A stretch of 64,000 nucleotides of DNA, from positions 29,398 to 93,397 of IMG/VR virus record IMGVR_UViG_3300021086_000003, one strand, 5' to 3'. The notes beneath the pieces were generated by a model, which was given only the letters and a program-made list of their open reading frames with translations, did no database searches and was not told the origin of the DNA. The stretch is from a virus. Shown here piece after piece: positions 37,443 to 46,624 of this stretch; position 1 is the stretch's first letter; every line of letters starts with the position of its first letter. Made by a program: the position numbers and the translations under genes.

Positions 37443-37988
37443 CGGCGGTACGGCGGCCTCACCCGCGCGAATGTCGCTCAACAGGCCGAACAGCGCATCC
37501 AGTTCGCTGGCCGTCATCCACTGGGACCGCGCCAGCACCGCACCGAACAGGGTGTCCGCTTCGCTGGCCTCGGCAGAGGTGAGCCACGCCCGGCCCATCT
37601 CGCGCGCCTCGGCGGCGTCCAGCACGCCGTCAGCCTGGCCGCGGTGGAAGTGGTGGTTGCGCCGACCCAGCATCACCACGCCCACCTTCCGGGCACTCGA
37701 TCCGCCGGGCAGGACGTACAGGGTGTCGGGGGAACCGAAGTAGCGGGACTTCCGGCCGGCCAGCATCGCGGTGGTCAAGCCGCCTACGGCCTGTGCGTCC
37801 ATGCCGACCCGCAAGAGTTCACCGATCATGTCGGCGTAGGCAGCGCACGTGAACAAGTCTTCCGCGGTCTGTCGGACCGCGGGCACCGATGCGTACCACT
37901 CGCGGGCACCCCAGCGCAGCAGGCAAGCCGCCGGGGCATCGTCAACACTGCGGGTGGACTCTATGGTCAGCACCGTGTCGTCGGCCAT
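37437..37988 (-). CDS. Hypothetical protein (leaderless)
   Basis: 183 aa; -10 TACGCT ends 7 nt before ATG. Confidence 0.75.
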   Translation of the reverse strand: MADDTVLTIESTRSVDDAPAACLLRWGAREWYASVPAVRQTAEDLFTCAAYADMIGELLRVGMDAQAVGGLTTAMLAGRKSRYFGSPDTLYVLPGGSSARKVGVVMLGRRNHHFHRGQADGVLDAAEAREMGRAWLTSAEASEADTLFGAVLARSQWMTASELDALFGLLSDIRAGEAAVPPL

Positions 37989-38016
37989 GCGGAGCAGCGT
38001 AGGACACCCGGCCAGG

Positions 38017-38724
38017 TCAGGTGATCTCGCCGTACGACGCCAGGGGTACCGGGTTGTTCGCGATGGCATTGCACATGCGGGTCAACGACCGCGGCACCGA
38101 TCCGGCGGTCGGGTCGTCATCGTCCTGGGTGAGAACGCGGGTGTAGCGCGGCAACACCAGGTCGGGTTGGCGGCGGAAGCGCTGGACGTCCCAGACGTAG
38201 CCGTCGCGCGCCGCATACGACACTATCCGCACTTCTCGCCGGTCGGGGTGGGTTTTCAGGAGGTGCTCCTTGGCTAGGGCATCGGTGTACTTGTTGGCGG
38301 CAGGGTTGCCTGTGCCGAGAACCATCCAACCCTCGAACATGAACCCGATGCCCTGAAAAATGGCGCCTTGACGGTTGGTGATGAGATCATCGGCCATGCC
38401 GCTCTGGGTGGCGTTCGCGCGTGCCGCTTCCATGATGGTGGCGATGGCTTCGAGGGTGGCGGGCGGGCGCTGCGGCAGGTCGAGGACCATGGCGGTGAAC
38501 TCGTCCTGCCGGCTGTAGTTCACTTTGCCCCGGTGTCGCCCGAGGATGAACACTTCGGGGGGCCCGTCCCAGCCGCGTTCATGGGTGCGCTTCTCGGCGC
38601 TGAGTAGGGCCTGGCGCACGGCAGCCTGCTCGGGTTGCTCGCTGCACAGCCGCTGCGTCTCGGCGTTCCACGTGTCGATGATGGCAAGGTATTCAGCGGG
38701 CGATGGGGGACCGGAGCGGGTCAT
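38017..38724 (-). CDS. Hypothetical protein (leaderless)
   Basis: 235 aa; -10 TACACT ends 6 nt before ATG. Confidence 0.75.
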   Translation of the reverse strand: MTRSGPPSPAEYLAIIDTWNAETQRLCSEQPEQAAVRQALLSAEKRTHERGWDGPPEVFILGRHRGKVNYSRQDEFTAMVLDLPQRPPATLEAIATIMEAARANATQSGMADDLITNRQGAIFQGIGFMFEGWMVLGTGNPAANKYTDALAKEHLLKTHPDRREVRIVSYAARDGYVWDVQRFRRQPDLVLPRYTRVLTQDDDDPTAGSVPRSLTRMCNAIANNPVPLASYGEIT

Positions 38725-38750
38725 GCACGCAGTGTAGAAGGAGGCGCGTG

Positions 38751-38969
38751 GTGACCGACTACCGAATGATGGATGCCATGGAGGCAGCCAGGACCCCCGA
38801 CGTCGACGCGACCGCGAACCTGGCAGCCAGCATCATCGCGGGCATTGACTGGTTCATCGTTGACCAGTTGACCAACGACGACCGAGATGCAGCGCTGGCC
38901 GAACTTCGTCATGCAGGGTTGGCCCGAACGGCGGAGTTCTTCGCCGGGGTGCGCGAATCGGACACGTAA
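38751..38969 (+). CDS. Hypothetical protein
   Basis: RBS AAGGAGG; 72 aa. Confidence 0.65.
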   Translation: MTDYRMMDAMEAARTPDVDATANLAASIIAGIDWFIVDQLTNDDRDAALAELRHAGLARTAEFFAGVRESDT

Positions 38970-39098
38970 GACTACCGGGCCATCGAACTCGTCGGGCGCA
39001 GACACCCGTTTGCCTGCCACACAATTAAGATTATGTGGCGTATGCCTGGTTCGGCCGTGAGTCAGCCGAGCCGTCCGTGGTGTCCGACTCCCGTTGAG

Positions 39099-39142
39099 GA
39101 ACTCCCGATAACCTTGCTTATCGGGAGTTGTTAGGGTAGGGT
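39099..39142 (+). promoter_or_regulatory. Palindromic promoter copy 3
   Basis: GAACTCCCGATAA-CCTTGC-TTATCGGGAGTTG; TTGCTT-N17-TAGGGT. Confidence 0.75.
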
Positions 39143-39149
39143 CAGGGAC

Positions 39150-39317
39150 ATGACGAAGCCACTGGAGCAGGACACCAACCGGATGATGGACATGCCCAAA
39201 TGGGAACTGGTCCGGTTCGCCCAGAACGTGCAAGCCGCACTTCCTGGCAAGGGCGTCATCACGTCCGGCCGCAAAGCGGACATCGCCTTCAGCATCTTCG
39301 CCGCCACCCAGAACTGA
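39150..39317 (+). CDS. Small leaderless protein resembling the Rho N-terminal domain (not in ORF track)
   Basis: MPKWELVRFAQNV...SGRKADIAFSIF, 55 aa. Confidence 0.6.
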   Translation: MTKPLEQDTNRMMDMPKWELVRFAQNVQAALPGKGVITSGRKADIAFSIFAATQN

Positions 39318-39396
39318 ACCAGGCGCAGTTCTGCGCGACGTCGTTGATGTGGTGACCCCCCCTTCTCGTTTCACTTGACCAAGGAAGGAGATCTAC

Positions 39397-39621
39397 ATGT
39401 TCGAGACGCTTCCGACCATCACCGCCTCTGAGGCAACGCCCGGTACCGAAGTGTTGATCGAGTCCGGGATCACCACCGATTTTGGCGCGTTGCCCACCTT
39501 CGAATGGGTGACCGTGGCGCAGTGGGTGGCCTGTGGTGACGGTCTTGCTGGCCTGGTCGGTTCGCGTGGCCAGTGGTGCGGCCAGTTCTCCCCCGACGAC
39601 CGCCTCAAGGTGCGCGCGTGA
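39397..39621 (+). CDS. Hypothetical protein
   Basis: RBS AAGGAG; 74 aa. Confidence 0.7.
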   Translation: MFETLPTITASEATPGTEVLIESGITTDFGALPTFEWVTVAQWVACGDGLAGLVGSRGQWCGQFSPDDRLKVRA

Positions 39622-40010
39622 TGTGCTCTCACAGCCCGGAACATGAGACCGACGGCTGGGGTGCGTGCCTCACGGATGGCTGCGAGTGGGGCCACGAAGA
39701 CGCCTACTGGAACAAGGTAGACGCCGGACTGCTTGACGCAGCGAGCGACGCAGCCGCGTACCACCTGATCGATCGGCGACCAGGAAGGACTTACGTCACC
39801 GTGACCGAATACGCCAGCACCGAATCCTCCACCAGCGAACCTGGCTGGGTTACACACTTGATCCATGTCAACGGCAACGCCATCAAGTTCGAGCGGAACG
39901 TCAACTCGGGCGAGACCCACATGCCGGGGGTGGTGCCGTTCGAGACCTACTCGCTGGGTGATGCCCAAGACATCGCGCGAGCCCTGTACGACAAGCGGGC
40001 AACGGTCTGA
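39618..40010 (+). CDS. Hypothetical protein
   Basis: 130 aa in overlap chain. Confidence 0.7.
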   Translation: MMCSHSPEHETDGWGACLTDGCEWGHEDAYWNKVDAGLLDAASDAAAYHLIDRRPGRTYVTVTEYASTESSTSEPGWVTHLIHVNGNAIKFERNVNSGETHMPGVVPFETYSLGDAQDIARALYDKRATV

Positions 40011-41059
40011 TGACCGACCTCGTCCCCATCCCGCCGGACGTGCCAGTTCACCGCGATGACACAGTGTTGCCCGGCACAGCGGAACGCATCGCCAAAGGCG
40101 TGAAGGTCAACACCCGCCGGTCGTACTCCCGAGTCTTGCGACAGTTTGCCGCATGGTGCAACAGCCAGGGCCGCGAATCCATGCCCGCCTCCCCCGCCAC
40201 GTTCGCTGACTATGTCGCGCACCTGTGCGACGAAGGCAAAGCCCCGTCCACCATCAAGCACGACATGGGTGCCATCAGCAAGCAACACCAACTGGCTGGC
40301 TACCCAAAAGGCACACCGGCCGCGACGGCCGCGAACCTGGTGCTCAACGGCTACCGGGAGGAACGGGCTGATGCCGGCTTCCGGGTCACCGAGGCCCCTC
40401 CGATCACCCGTGCTCGGCTACGACAAATGTCGGCGGCCTGCGATGCGTCAACACTCGCAGGGAAACGGGACAGGCTGCTCCTGGTGATCGGTTGGGCGCT
40501 CGCGGGCCGACGGTCCGAACTCGCCGCGCTCCGCATCGAGGACGTCACCATCGAGGATGATGACTTGATGATTCACATTCGCAAGTCGAAAACCGACAAG
40601 GAATCGGTAGGCGAGACAGTGGTTGTGCCCGCTGGCGAGCATGTGGACACTGACCCAATCGGGCTGTTCAACGACTGGATCGGTGCACTGGCCGAGCGGG
40701 GCGAGAGCACGCACACCGGCCCCCTCTTCCGGGCCATCACCGCCAGGGACAAGCTTCAGCGGGAACACGTCGTGATACGGGCCAGTGACGGCGCCGTGCT
40801 CCAGTTCGGCCGGCTCAGTGCTGACGCCGTGAATGACCTCGTCCAACGTGCTGCCCAACGGGCGTGCCTGCCGAACGCGCACCTGTTCTCGGCGCATTCA
40901 CTCCGCGCGGGGTTCGCGACGCAGGCAGCGAACGACGGTATCCCGCAGTCGATCTGGGCTGAGCACGGCCGATGGGAGAAGACATCCCCCGTACCGGCGA
41001 AGTATGTGCGTCGCGCCGACAAGAAGCGGGACAATCCACTCAGGAAGATGGGGCTGTGA
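40010..41059 (+). CDS. Tyrosine recombinase (Xer/Cre-like), intact
   Basis: SAM-like N-domain; RRSE, KSKTD, HSLR, HGRW, KYVR. Confidence 0.93.
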   Translation: MTDLVPIPPDVPVHRDDTVLPGTAERIAKGVKVNTRRSYSRVLRQFAAWCNSQGRESMPASPATFADYVAHLCDEGKAPSTIKHDMGAISKQHQLAGYPKGTPAATAANLVLNGYREERADAGFRVTEAPPITRARLRQMSAACDASTLAGKRDRLLLVIGWALAGRRSELAALRIEDVTIEDDDLMIHIRKSKTDKESVGETVVVPAGEHVDTDPIGLFNDWIGALAERGESTHTGPLFRAITARDKLQREHVVIRASDGAVLQFGRLSADAVNDLVQRAAQRACLPNAHLFSAHSLRAGFATQAANDGIPQSIWAEHGRWEKTSPVPAKYVRRADKKRDNPLRKMGL

Positions 41060-41146
41060 CCCGGTCCCCCGTCCGCAAGGTGTCCCGAGCGTTGCTGGGG
41101 CCACCAACCAACCCGTAACCCCTCCACCACGAAAGGACAAGCAAAC

Positions 41147-41641
41147 GTGTTCAGGAGCAGAAGTAGAAGGTGGCAACTCGAAATCGATCGCCGGGCCGTG
41201 CCATTGACACCGCAGGAGGTCGAGGTGTTAGTGACTGGCTTTGCCGAGAAGGACCGCCTGACTCAACGGCATCGGCCCGACATCTGCGGGGGCAGTGGGT
41301 ACAGCCGGGGTCAGGCAGTGGAGGTGATGCGGGCCGCCGCGTTGGCGGCCTCCCTAGGTCACGACTCGGTGCCGTACATGGTGACCAGTCTGCACATGTT
41401 GGAGTACGTCACGGGCGACTTGAGGAGGTGGGCCCCGCAGGCTCGACACACGGAGTCGTTCGCGCTGTTGGAGTTGAAACTCCATGCGCTGAGTGCGGTC
41501 GCAGCCCGCAACAACTGGCGCTACGAAAGTGACGATGAGGCCCGCGCCATCCGCTGGGTCACCCCCCCAGCGGCAGCAATGGCGAAGGCGATCGAATTCG
41601 GTGGGCGTTGCTCTGTGACCACCACCGACCCGAACCGCTAA
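41147..41641 (+). CDS. Hypothetical protein
   Basis: RBS AAAGGA; 164 aa; TTA codon at 41228. Confidence 0.65.
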   Translation: MFRSRSRRWQLEIDRRAVPLTPQEVEVLVTGFAEKDRLTQRHRPDICGGSGYSRGQAVEVMRAAALAASLGHDSVPYMVTSLHMLEYVTGDLRRWAPQARHTESFALLELKLHALSAVAARNNWRYESDDEARAIRWVTPPAAAMAKAIEFGGRCSVTTTDPNR

Positions 41642-41670
41642 CCCTCCACCACGAGAAAGGAAACACGAGA

Positions 41671-41889
41671 ATGCGACGGATCAACAGGATGGCACGCGAG
41701 GCCGTCGAGCGGCATCCGGAGCCAGGTAAGGACCCCATCGAACGGCTTCAGCACGCAGTGGCCATGTTCGAGAACGAGCCCGACAATGACTGGGCGATCG
41801 TGGCCACCAGCAACATCTATGGGCAAGGTGTTCGAACCGGGCTCACTTGGGGCGACCTGCGGTTGCTGCTGGTGTTGGTGCGGCCGTGA
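41671..41889 (+). CDS. Hypothetical protein
   Basis: RBS AAAGGA; 72 aa. Confidence 0.65.
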   Translation: MRRINRMAREAVERHPEPGKDPIERLQHAVAMFENEPDNDWAIVATSNIYGQGVRTGLTWGDLRLLLVLVRP

Positions 41890-42635
41890 CCGACACTCAG
41901 CCGGCGACTGACGCAACAGCCAAACTGGCCGCCGACGTGGTTCTGCTGGCCAACCACGACAACGCCCTATGGGTGCTACTCATCGAACGCGGCTGGCCGC
42001 CGTTCGAGGGCAAGTGGGCACTTCCCGGCGGGCACGTTGACGAGGGCGAGGATGCCCAGGTGGCGGCCCGCCGTGAACTGGCCGAAGAGGCAGGGCTGGA
42101 CGCAGTTCGACTGCATTTGGTCGGCGTCTATGGCGCACCCGGCCGCGACCCGCGCGGCCGGTACGTCTCGTGGGCGTACGTGGCCGTGCTGGACCAGATG
42201 CCTGACCCGGTGGCCGGTGATGACGCCCGCGACGCGCGGTGGTTCCGGGTTGCCGAAGTGATGGCGGACCCGGACCGGCTGGCGTTCGACCACCACCAGA
42301 TCATCACCGATGCCGTAGCGCTCGTCGGCTATCCCTTCCCGCCGATGGAGGCGCGACCTACCCGGATGCGCCCGCCGTTCGAGGCGCCCGGCTACGCACC
42401 TCACATCGAGCAGGGTTTCGGCGAGACCAACGACCAGTGGAAAGCCCGCTACCACGCGGACTTCGTGGCCGCCCTCACCGAAGCCCTGGCGGGTGTCGAG
42501 CTGGGCGCCTACGACGGGACCATCGTGGACTGGCTGGCTGGCTGGGGAGTTGAGACGGTAGGCGTGTTGGCGTCCCTGTTCTACCGGTGCCGGCAGGCCG
42601 GACGGCTCGGCACTGACCAGGACCGGGAGGTGTGA
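41886..42635 (+). CDS. Nudix hydrolase (ADP-ribose pyrophosphatase/NrtR-type) with C-terminal extension
   Basis: WALPGG.V..GE....AA.REL.EE.G, RDPRG, LAFDH. Confidence 0.88.
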   Translation: MTDTQPATDATAKLAADVVLLANHDNALWVLLIERGWPPFEGKWALPGGHVDEGEDAQVAARRELAEEAGLDAVRLHLVGVYGAPGRDPRGRYVSWAYVAVLDQMPDPVAGDDARDARWFRVAEVMADPDRLAFDHHQIITDAVALVGYPFPPMEARPTRMRPPFEAPGYAPHIEQGFGETNDQWKARYHADFVAALTEALAGVELGAYDGTIVDWLAGWGVETVGVLASLFYRCRQAGRLGTDQDREV

Positions 42636-42880
42636 TGATGGCTCTTACCGATGCCGGGCTGGACGTCCTGCGGGACAGCATGTATCAGGGCTTGTGTGAC
42701 TCCAAAGCCAAGGCGGACAAGGTGCACGAAGAGATGCGCACGCTGCAACGCGGAACGATGGAGTACGACCGGCTGAACAACGAGTTCTACACCCATCACG
42801 GCGAGGTCGAGGCGTGGAGTCGCGCGCTGTTTCTGCTTGATCAGGCCCGTCGGTCTGCGCCAGGGAGGGTCGCGCGATGA
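42632..42880 (+). CDS. Hypothetical coiled-coil protein
   Basis: 82 aa. Confidence 0.65.
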   Translation: MMMALTDAGLDVLRDSMYQGLCDSKAKADKVHEEMRTLQRGTMEYDRLNNEFYTHHGEVEAWSRALFLLDQARRSAPGRVAR

Positions 42881-43227
42881 CCAGCAGTCGACCGGCACGG
42901 TTTGAGCAGTTCGAGGGCAAGCTTCACGTCGCGATCGACGCACTCTCGGCGGTCATCGAGGACCCGGAGTTGGGCGACTACCTGCCCCGCCGTAAAGCAT
43001 TGATGGGCGCCCTGGACTGGCTGGAGATGGACGCTACGTGCGGCGATTGTGTTGGGGGCCGCTGCCACTGGGGTGGCGAGAAGTCACGGGCGTCCATCGC
43101 CGCCGCCGAGGCTGGCCGTGAGTATGTCGAGCCCGGCGGGGGTCGGTGCGGTTGCGCACGACATGGGATCAGCGTGCAGGCGCGGCACCGTCCCGGTCCC
43201 GGCTCTACGGCGGTGTCGGCGAAGTGA
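42877..43227 (+). CDS. Hypothetical protein
   Basis: 116 aa; C..C..G.CH. Confidence 0.65.
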   Translation: MTSSRPARFEQFEGKLHVAIDALSAVIEDPELGDYLPRRKALMGALDWLEMDATCGDCVGGRCHWGGEKSRASIAAAEAGREYVEPGGGRCGCARHGISVQARHRPGPGSTAVSAK

Positions 43228-43352
43228 CCGGCGTGCCCCCGGCGAGGACCACGCGGCAGGCGACGGCACACGCCGCGCTGGCGTCGGTACTGGCTGAGGC
43301 TGGCACCACCCTCGAGGAAGCGGGTGCGACCGACACGTCCTGGCGCCCGTGA
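43224..43352 (+). CDS. Small hypothetical protein
   Basis: 42 aa in GTGA chain. Confidence 0.45.
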   Translation: MTGVPPARTTRQATAHAALASVLAEAGTTLEEAGATDTSWRP

Positions 43353-43567
43353 CCGACCCGGACACAGGTGTGGTGTGGCGGTACGGCTACACCGACTTGT
43401 GTCCCCCATCGGGCCCAGGGAAGCTACGGTGTGCCTGGACCGAATGCGCCAAGCCGGTAGGTGGGGTTGTGGTGGTTGTCTTCGGCGGCACTCACGACCG
43501 GATGTGCGCCGTGTTCCACGACGCGTGTTGGCGGGCGTACCAGGAGGTGTTGGAGTGCGGCGGGTAG
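43349..43567 (+). CDS. Small Cys/His protein
   Basis: CAWTEC, FH..C. Confidence 0.6.
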   Translation: MTDPDTGVVWRYGYTDLCPPSGPGKLRCAWTECAKPVGGVVVVVFGGTHDRMCAVFHDACWRAYQEVLECGG

Positions 43568-43575
43568 ACGACTTG

Positions 43576-44100
43576 GTGACCCGGATCGATGAGGTCGCGT
43601 CCGCAGCGTGCGGGTGGTGCTCGACACCGCTGGACCCGGCGGGAGTGTCGCTGGACTTCTGCACCCCCGGCCACCAGCAGTTGTGGCAGGAACGTCACCA
43701 GGAAGCCGAGCGGATCGCCGCGTACCGGGAGGCAGCGGACCACTCACCTACGGACGCCGTCCACTACACGGGGGACACCACCGCGCCCGGATCGTTCGAG
43801 GGATGCGACTGCGGCCAGCACAACCATCTCAGTGTGCCGTCACCGGGCGAGTTCGAGGCGGCCCTGGTCGCTATCCCGCCCGAGATCCTGGTGACCGTGC
43901 CGGCAGGCATAGTAACGAGGACTGCGTTCCTCGCCGCTGCTGGCGCGCATGGCCAAGTCACGATCGCACCGACTGGCACCCCGGAGGACTCGCCGTTGTG
44001 GCGGGATGTCCAGGTAGGCGACGTGACGATACGGTTCCACCCGGCCGCGCCGCGGCAATCCTGGTGGCGGCGTGTGGCGAGGACAGGGCGACGCCGGTAG
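43576..44100 (+). CDS. Hypothetical protein with N-terminal Zn motif
   Basis: CGWC...FC..H. Confidence 0.65.
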   Translation: MTRIDEVASAACGWCSTPLDPAGVSLDFCTPGHQQLWQERHQEAERIAAYREAADHSPTDAVHYTGDTTAPGSFEGCDCGQHNHLSVPSPGEFEAALVAIPPEILVTVPAGIVTRTAFLAAAGAHGQVTIAPTGTPEDSPLWRDVQVGDVTIRFHPAAPRQSWWRRVARTGRRR

Positions 44101-44137
44101 GCTCGGCGGTACCCCCCTCGAATTGCCCCGGCTACAC

Positions 44138-44174
44138 CCATCACCCCCGACAGCGTCAACGTCGGGGGTGATGG
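44138..44174. terminator. 14-bp inverted repeat
   Basis: CCATCACCCCCGAC / GTCGGGGGTGATGG. Confidence 0.55.
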
Positions 44175-44244
44175 CATGTCTGGGTAGTGTTGTTCGCGAC
44201 GCCCCGAACATGGCGGTATGTCGGGTCGGCGGAGGTGTTCGACA

Positions 44245-44337
44245 GTGGACCAGTGGCGCACGATCGGGGCGTGCCTGCTGGTCATCTCATCGGTCACCGT
44301 GCTCATCGTGTGCGGGCTGCTGTTTTACGGAGTGTGA
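44245..44337 (+). CDS. 30-aa hydrophobic peptide (not in ORF track)
   Basis: RBS GGAGG; VDQWRTIGACLLVISSVTVLIVCGLLFYGV. Confidence 0.55.
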   Translation: MDQWRTIGACLLVISSVTVLIVCGLLFYGV

Positions 44338-44364
44338 CTACCCTGCGCTGATCGGAGCCCCATT

Positions 44365-45144
44365 GTGACCGATACCGTCCGCTGCCCAGACACCGCGCCG
44401 TACCGCTGCTACCGGGCCGATCGGTGCGCCGAATGGGACTGGTGGGATACTGGTATCGACGGCTACATTCGGGTCGGGGCGTTGATCAATTCGTCGCTGG
44501 GGTTGTGCCCGGCCTGCACCCGGCACCTCGCGCTCTGCCTGGCCGAACTGCCGATGGACTACACCGAACTCAACATGATCATCGGGAAGTCGTCGGTGTC
44601 CGCCCTCACCGAACCCGTCACCACCACCCGGGAACTCCCCACTCCCCTACGCCTGCCGATCGAGGCGTTGCAGGCCGCGATGGTGTGGGAAACGAGCTGC
44701 TGGGCCGAACCGGTCACGGAACGGCTCGGGATCGACTGGGACAGCTACGAAGTCGCCCACCACACCCGGCCCGGCGCGGTCCTGCAACGCGCCACCCGCC
44801 TTCTCGGCAACGCCCTGTCCGCGATGTTGGCGGTCCGCGACTGGACCGTCATGGTGTGGGACGACGACGGCCTGCACGCCGGACCCGAGCTACGCGACGG
44901 CGTGGACGGGGCGGTGACGGTGATGGACCTACACCACCGGGCCCGGCACTACACCGGCATGACCCGGCTCGTCCACCGACAGCCCATACCGTGCCCGGTC
45001 TGCCACCGCCGCGCCCTGTGCCGTGACAACGGCGACACCACCGTCTACTGCACCGCCTGCCACCGCGTCTACAGCGAAGGCGACTACACCATCCTGGTGT
45101 CCGCGCTGGCCCAGTCGCGGCCACTCACCCCCATCGTGGCGTGA
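44365..45144 (+). CDS. Zn-ribbon protein, possible late regulator
   Basis: LCPAC...L.ELP..Y and CPVC...C.AC; position before the late genes. Confidence 0.75.
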   Translation: MTDTVRCPDTAPYRCYRADRCAEWDWWDTGIDGYIRVGALINSSLGLCPACTRHLALCLAELPMDYTELNMIIGKSSVSALTEPVTTTRELPTPLRLPIEALQAAMVWETSCWAEPVTERLGIDWDSYEVAHHTRPGAVLQRATRLLGNALSAMLAVRDWTVMVWDDDGLHAGPELRDGVDGAVTVMDLHHRARHYTGMTRLVHRQPIPCPVCHRRALCRDNGDTTVYCTACHRVYSEGDYTILVSALAQSRPLTPIVA

Positions 45145-45548
45145 TCAAAACCCGGCGCCGACCCTGGCCCCGCCCGGCGGACACCGCTGTGGACCGGGCC
45201 CGGTGCATCGCCTGGGAATACCGCGCCGCCCTCGCCCGTGAAGCGCCCGCCCGGTGCACATCGCTGGACCAGGCTGCACTGGAGCTCGGCGAAACGTGGG
45301 TCACCGGGGCGCCACAGCACACGGACGCTGAACTGCTCACCCTCACCGACCTCGCCGCCGCCCTGGGCGAGAAGTACGGCACCGTGTGGGCGTGGTGGCG
45401 CCGCGGACACATCCCCCGCGAACACTCCGGCCTGTTCCGCATGGACGCGGTGCTGGACGGCTTGGCCCGTTGGCGTGTTGAACGAGATACCGCAAGCGCC
45501 GCCGCGGTGGTTGAGTTGCCTGATGAGCCACAGCGGGCCGCGCCATGA
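45141..45548 (+). CDS. HTH DNA-binding protein
   Basis: LTLTDLAAALG..YGTVWAWWRRG. Confidence 0.7.
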   Translation: MIKTRRRPWPRPADTAVDRARCIAWEYRAALAREAPARCTSLDQAALELGETWVTGAPQHTDAELLTLTDLAAALGEKYGTVWAWWRRGHIPREHSGLFRMDAVLDGLARWRVERDTASAAAVVELPDEPQRAAP

Positions 45549-45931
45549 CCAGCGACATCGCGGTGTTCGTCTGGGCCCGACTGGACCAGGACGAGATCGA
45601 CATCGACGTGATCCGGCGGACCGATGCGCACGAACTGACCGAAGCTGAGGTGAGCGACCCGAGTTGCGATTTCGGCGGCGGATGGGACGTGTGGGGATCG
45701 TTCGGTGAGCGCATCGACCGCGTGGTGAACGTCCAGCGGCTACTTCGTGGAGTTGAGGCCAAGCGGCGGATCGTCCGGCGCCATCACCCGTTCGTCCACG
45801 CTGGCCTAACCGGTTGCCGTCAGTGCTGTGTCATCCCTGATTGGGTGGACTATCCGTGTGCCGACGTGAGGGACGTCGCCTCCGAATGGGCAGATCACGC
45901 CGACTACCAGCAGAAATGGGGGCCATCGTGA
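45545..45931 (+). CDS. DUF6221-like protein
   Basis: F..ARL.E..., VEAKRRI, PC..VR..A..WADH.DY...W. Confidence 0.75.
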   Translation: MTSDIAVFVWARLDQDEIDIDVIRRTDAHELTEAEVSDPSCDFGGGWDVWGSFGERIDRVVNVQRLLRGVEAKRRIVRRHHPFVHAGLTGCRQCCVIPDWVDYPCADVRDVASEWADHADYQQKWGPS

Positions 45932-46251
45932 CCGACGAGGAACGCCATGCCGCGTTCGAGGCGGCCGTCCGCAACTGTGTCTACAACGAGCATCCCGCCG
46001 GGTGCTCGTTCGGCGGGATGAGCATCTACAGCCTGTACTGGCTTGCCGTCGATGAGTGCCCGCTACCTCACTCGGATACCTGCGCGTGGTGCGGTGCAGC
46101 CACCGCCACCGGCTTCCCCGGATGGGAGGAGGGCCACCGGGGCGACGATGAGCATCGGTACCTGGTGTCGGCGTGCGAACCCTGCGCCGCCGAGTGGGCC
46201 CGCATTGACCCGCGATGGACGAAGCGGTCAACGATCGGCCCGGCATCGTGA
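45928..46251 (+). CDS. Hypothetical Cys protein
   Basis: CAWC, CEPC. Confidence 0.65.
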   Translation: MTDEERHAAFEAAVRNCVYNEHPAGCSFGGMSIYSLYWLAVDECPLPHSDTCAWCGAATATGFPGWEEGHRGDDEHRYLVSACEPCAAEWARIDPRWTKRSTIGPAS

Positions 46252-46592
46252 CCGGCGGCGTACCGCTGGGCATGACTCCTGCCGAGCAGGCGGCGGCGAC
46301 CGAAGCCCTCCGCAAGCAGGCTGACGTGCTCATCCGCATCGTCCAGGCCGAATCGAGACTGTGCGGTCTCGACACCCAGCAAGCCAATCGGCTGGCGGAG
46401 CGGATCAACCACTGGTGGCTGCACGGCACGATGATGCCGGCCCGCGAACTCCACGAGGACGAGTTAGAACGCATGGCGGACGCTGTTGTGGAGGTGGGTA
46501 TCGCCGAGACGCTCGCTGTCCAGTTCGACGGCCTAGAGGCCTCGCCAGTGTTCGGCACTTGGCCTGACGACACGCCGGACTTCGGGCGGTAG
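46248..46592 (+). CDS. Hypothetical protein
   Basis: 114 aa. Confidence 0.65.
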   Translation: MTGGVPLGMTPAEQAAATEALRKQADVLIRIVQAESRLCGLDTQQANRLAERINHWWLHGTMMPARELHEDELERMADAVVEVGIAETLAVQFDGLEASPVFGTWPDDTPDFGR

Positions 46593-46620
46593 TTGACCGA
46601 TGATCTGTCGACTGTAGAGT
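46593..46620 (+). promoter_or_regulatory. Promoter for the RNA/tRNA region
   Basis: TTGACC-N16-TAGAGT. Confidence 0.5.
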
Positions 46621-46624
46621 GTCG

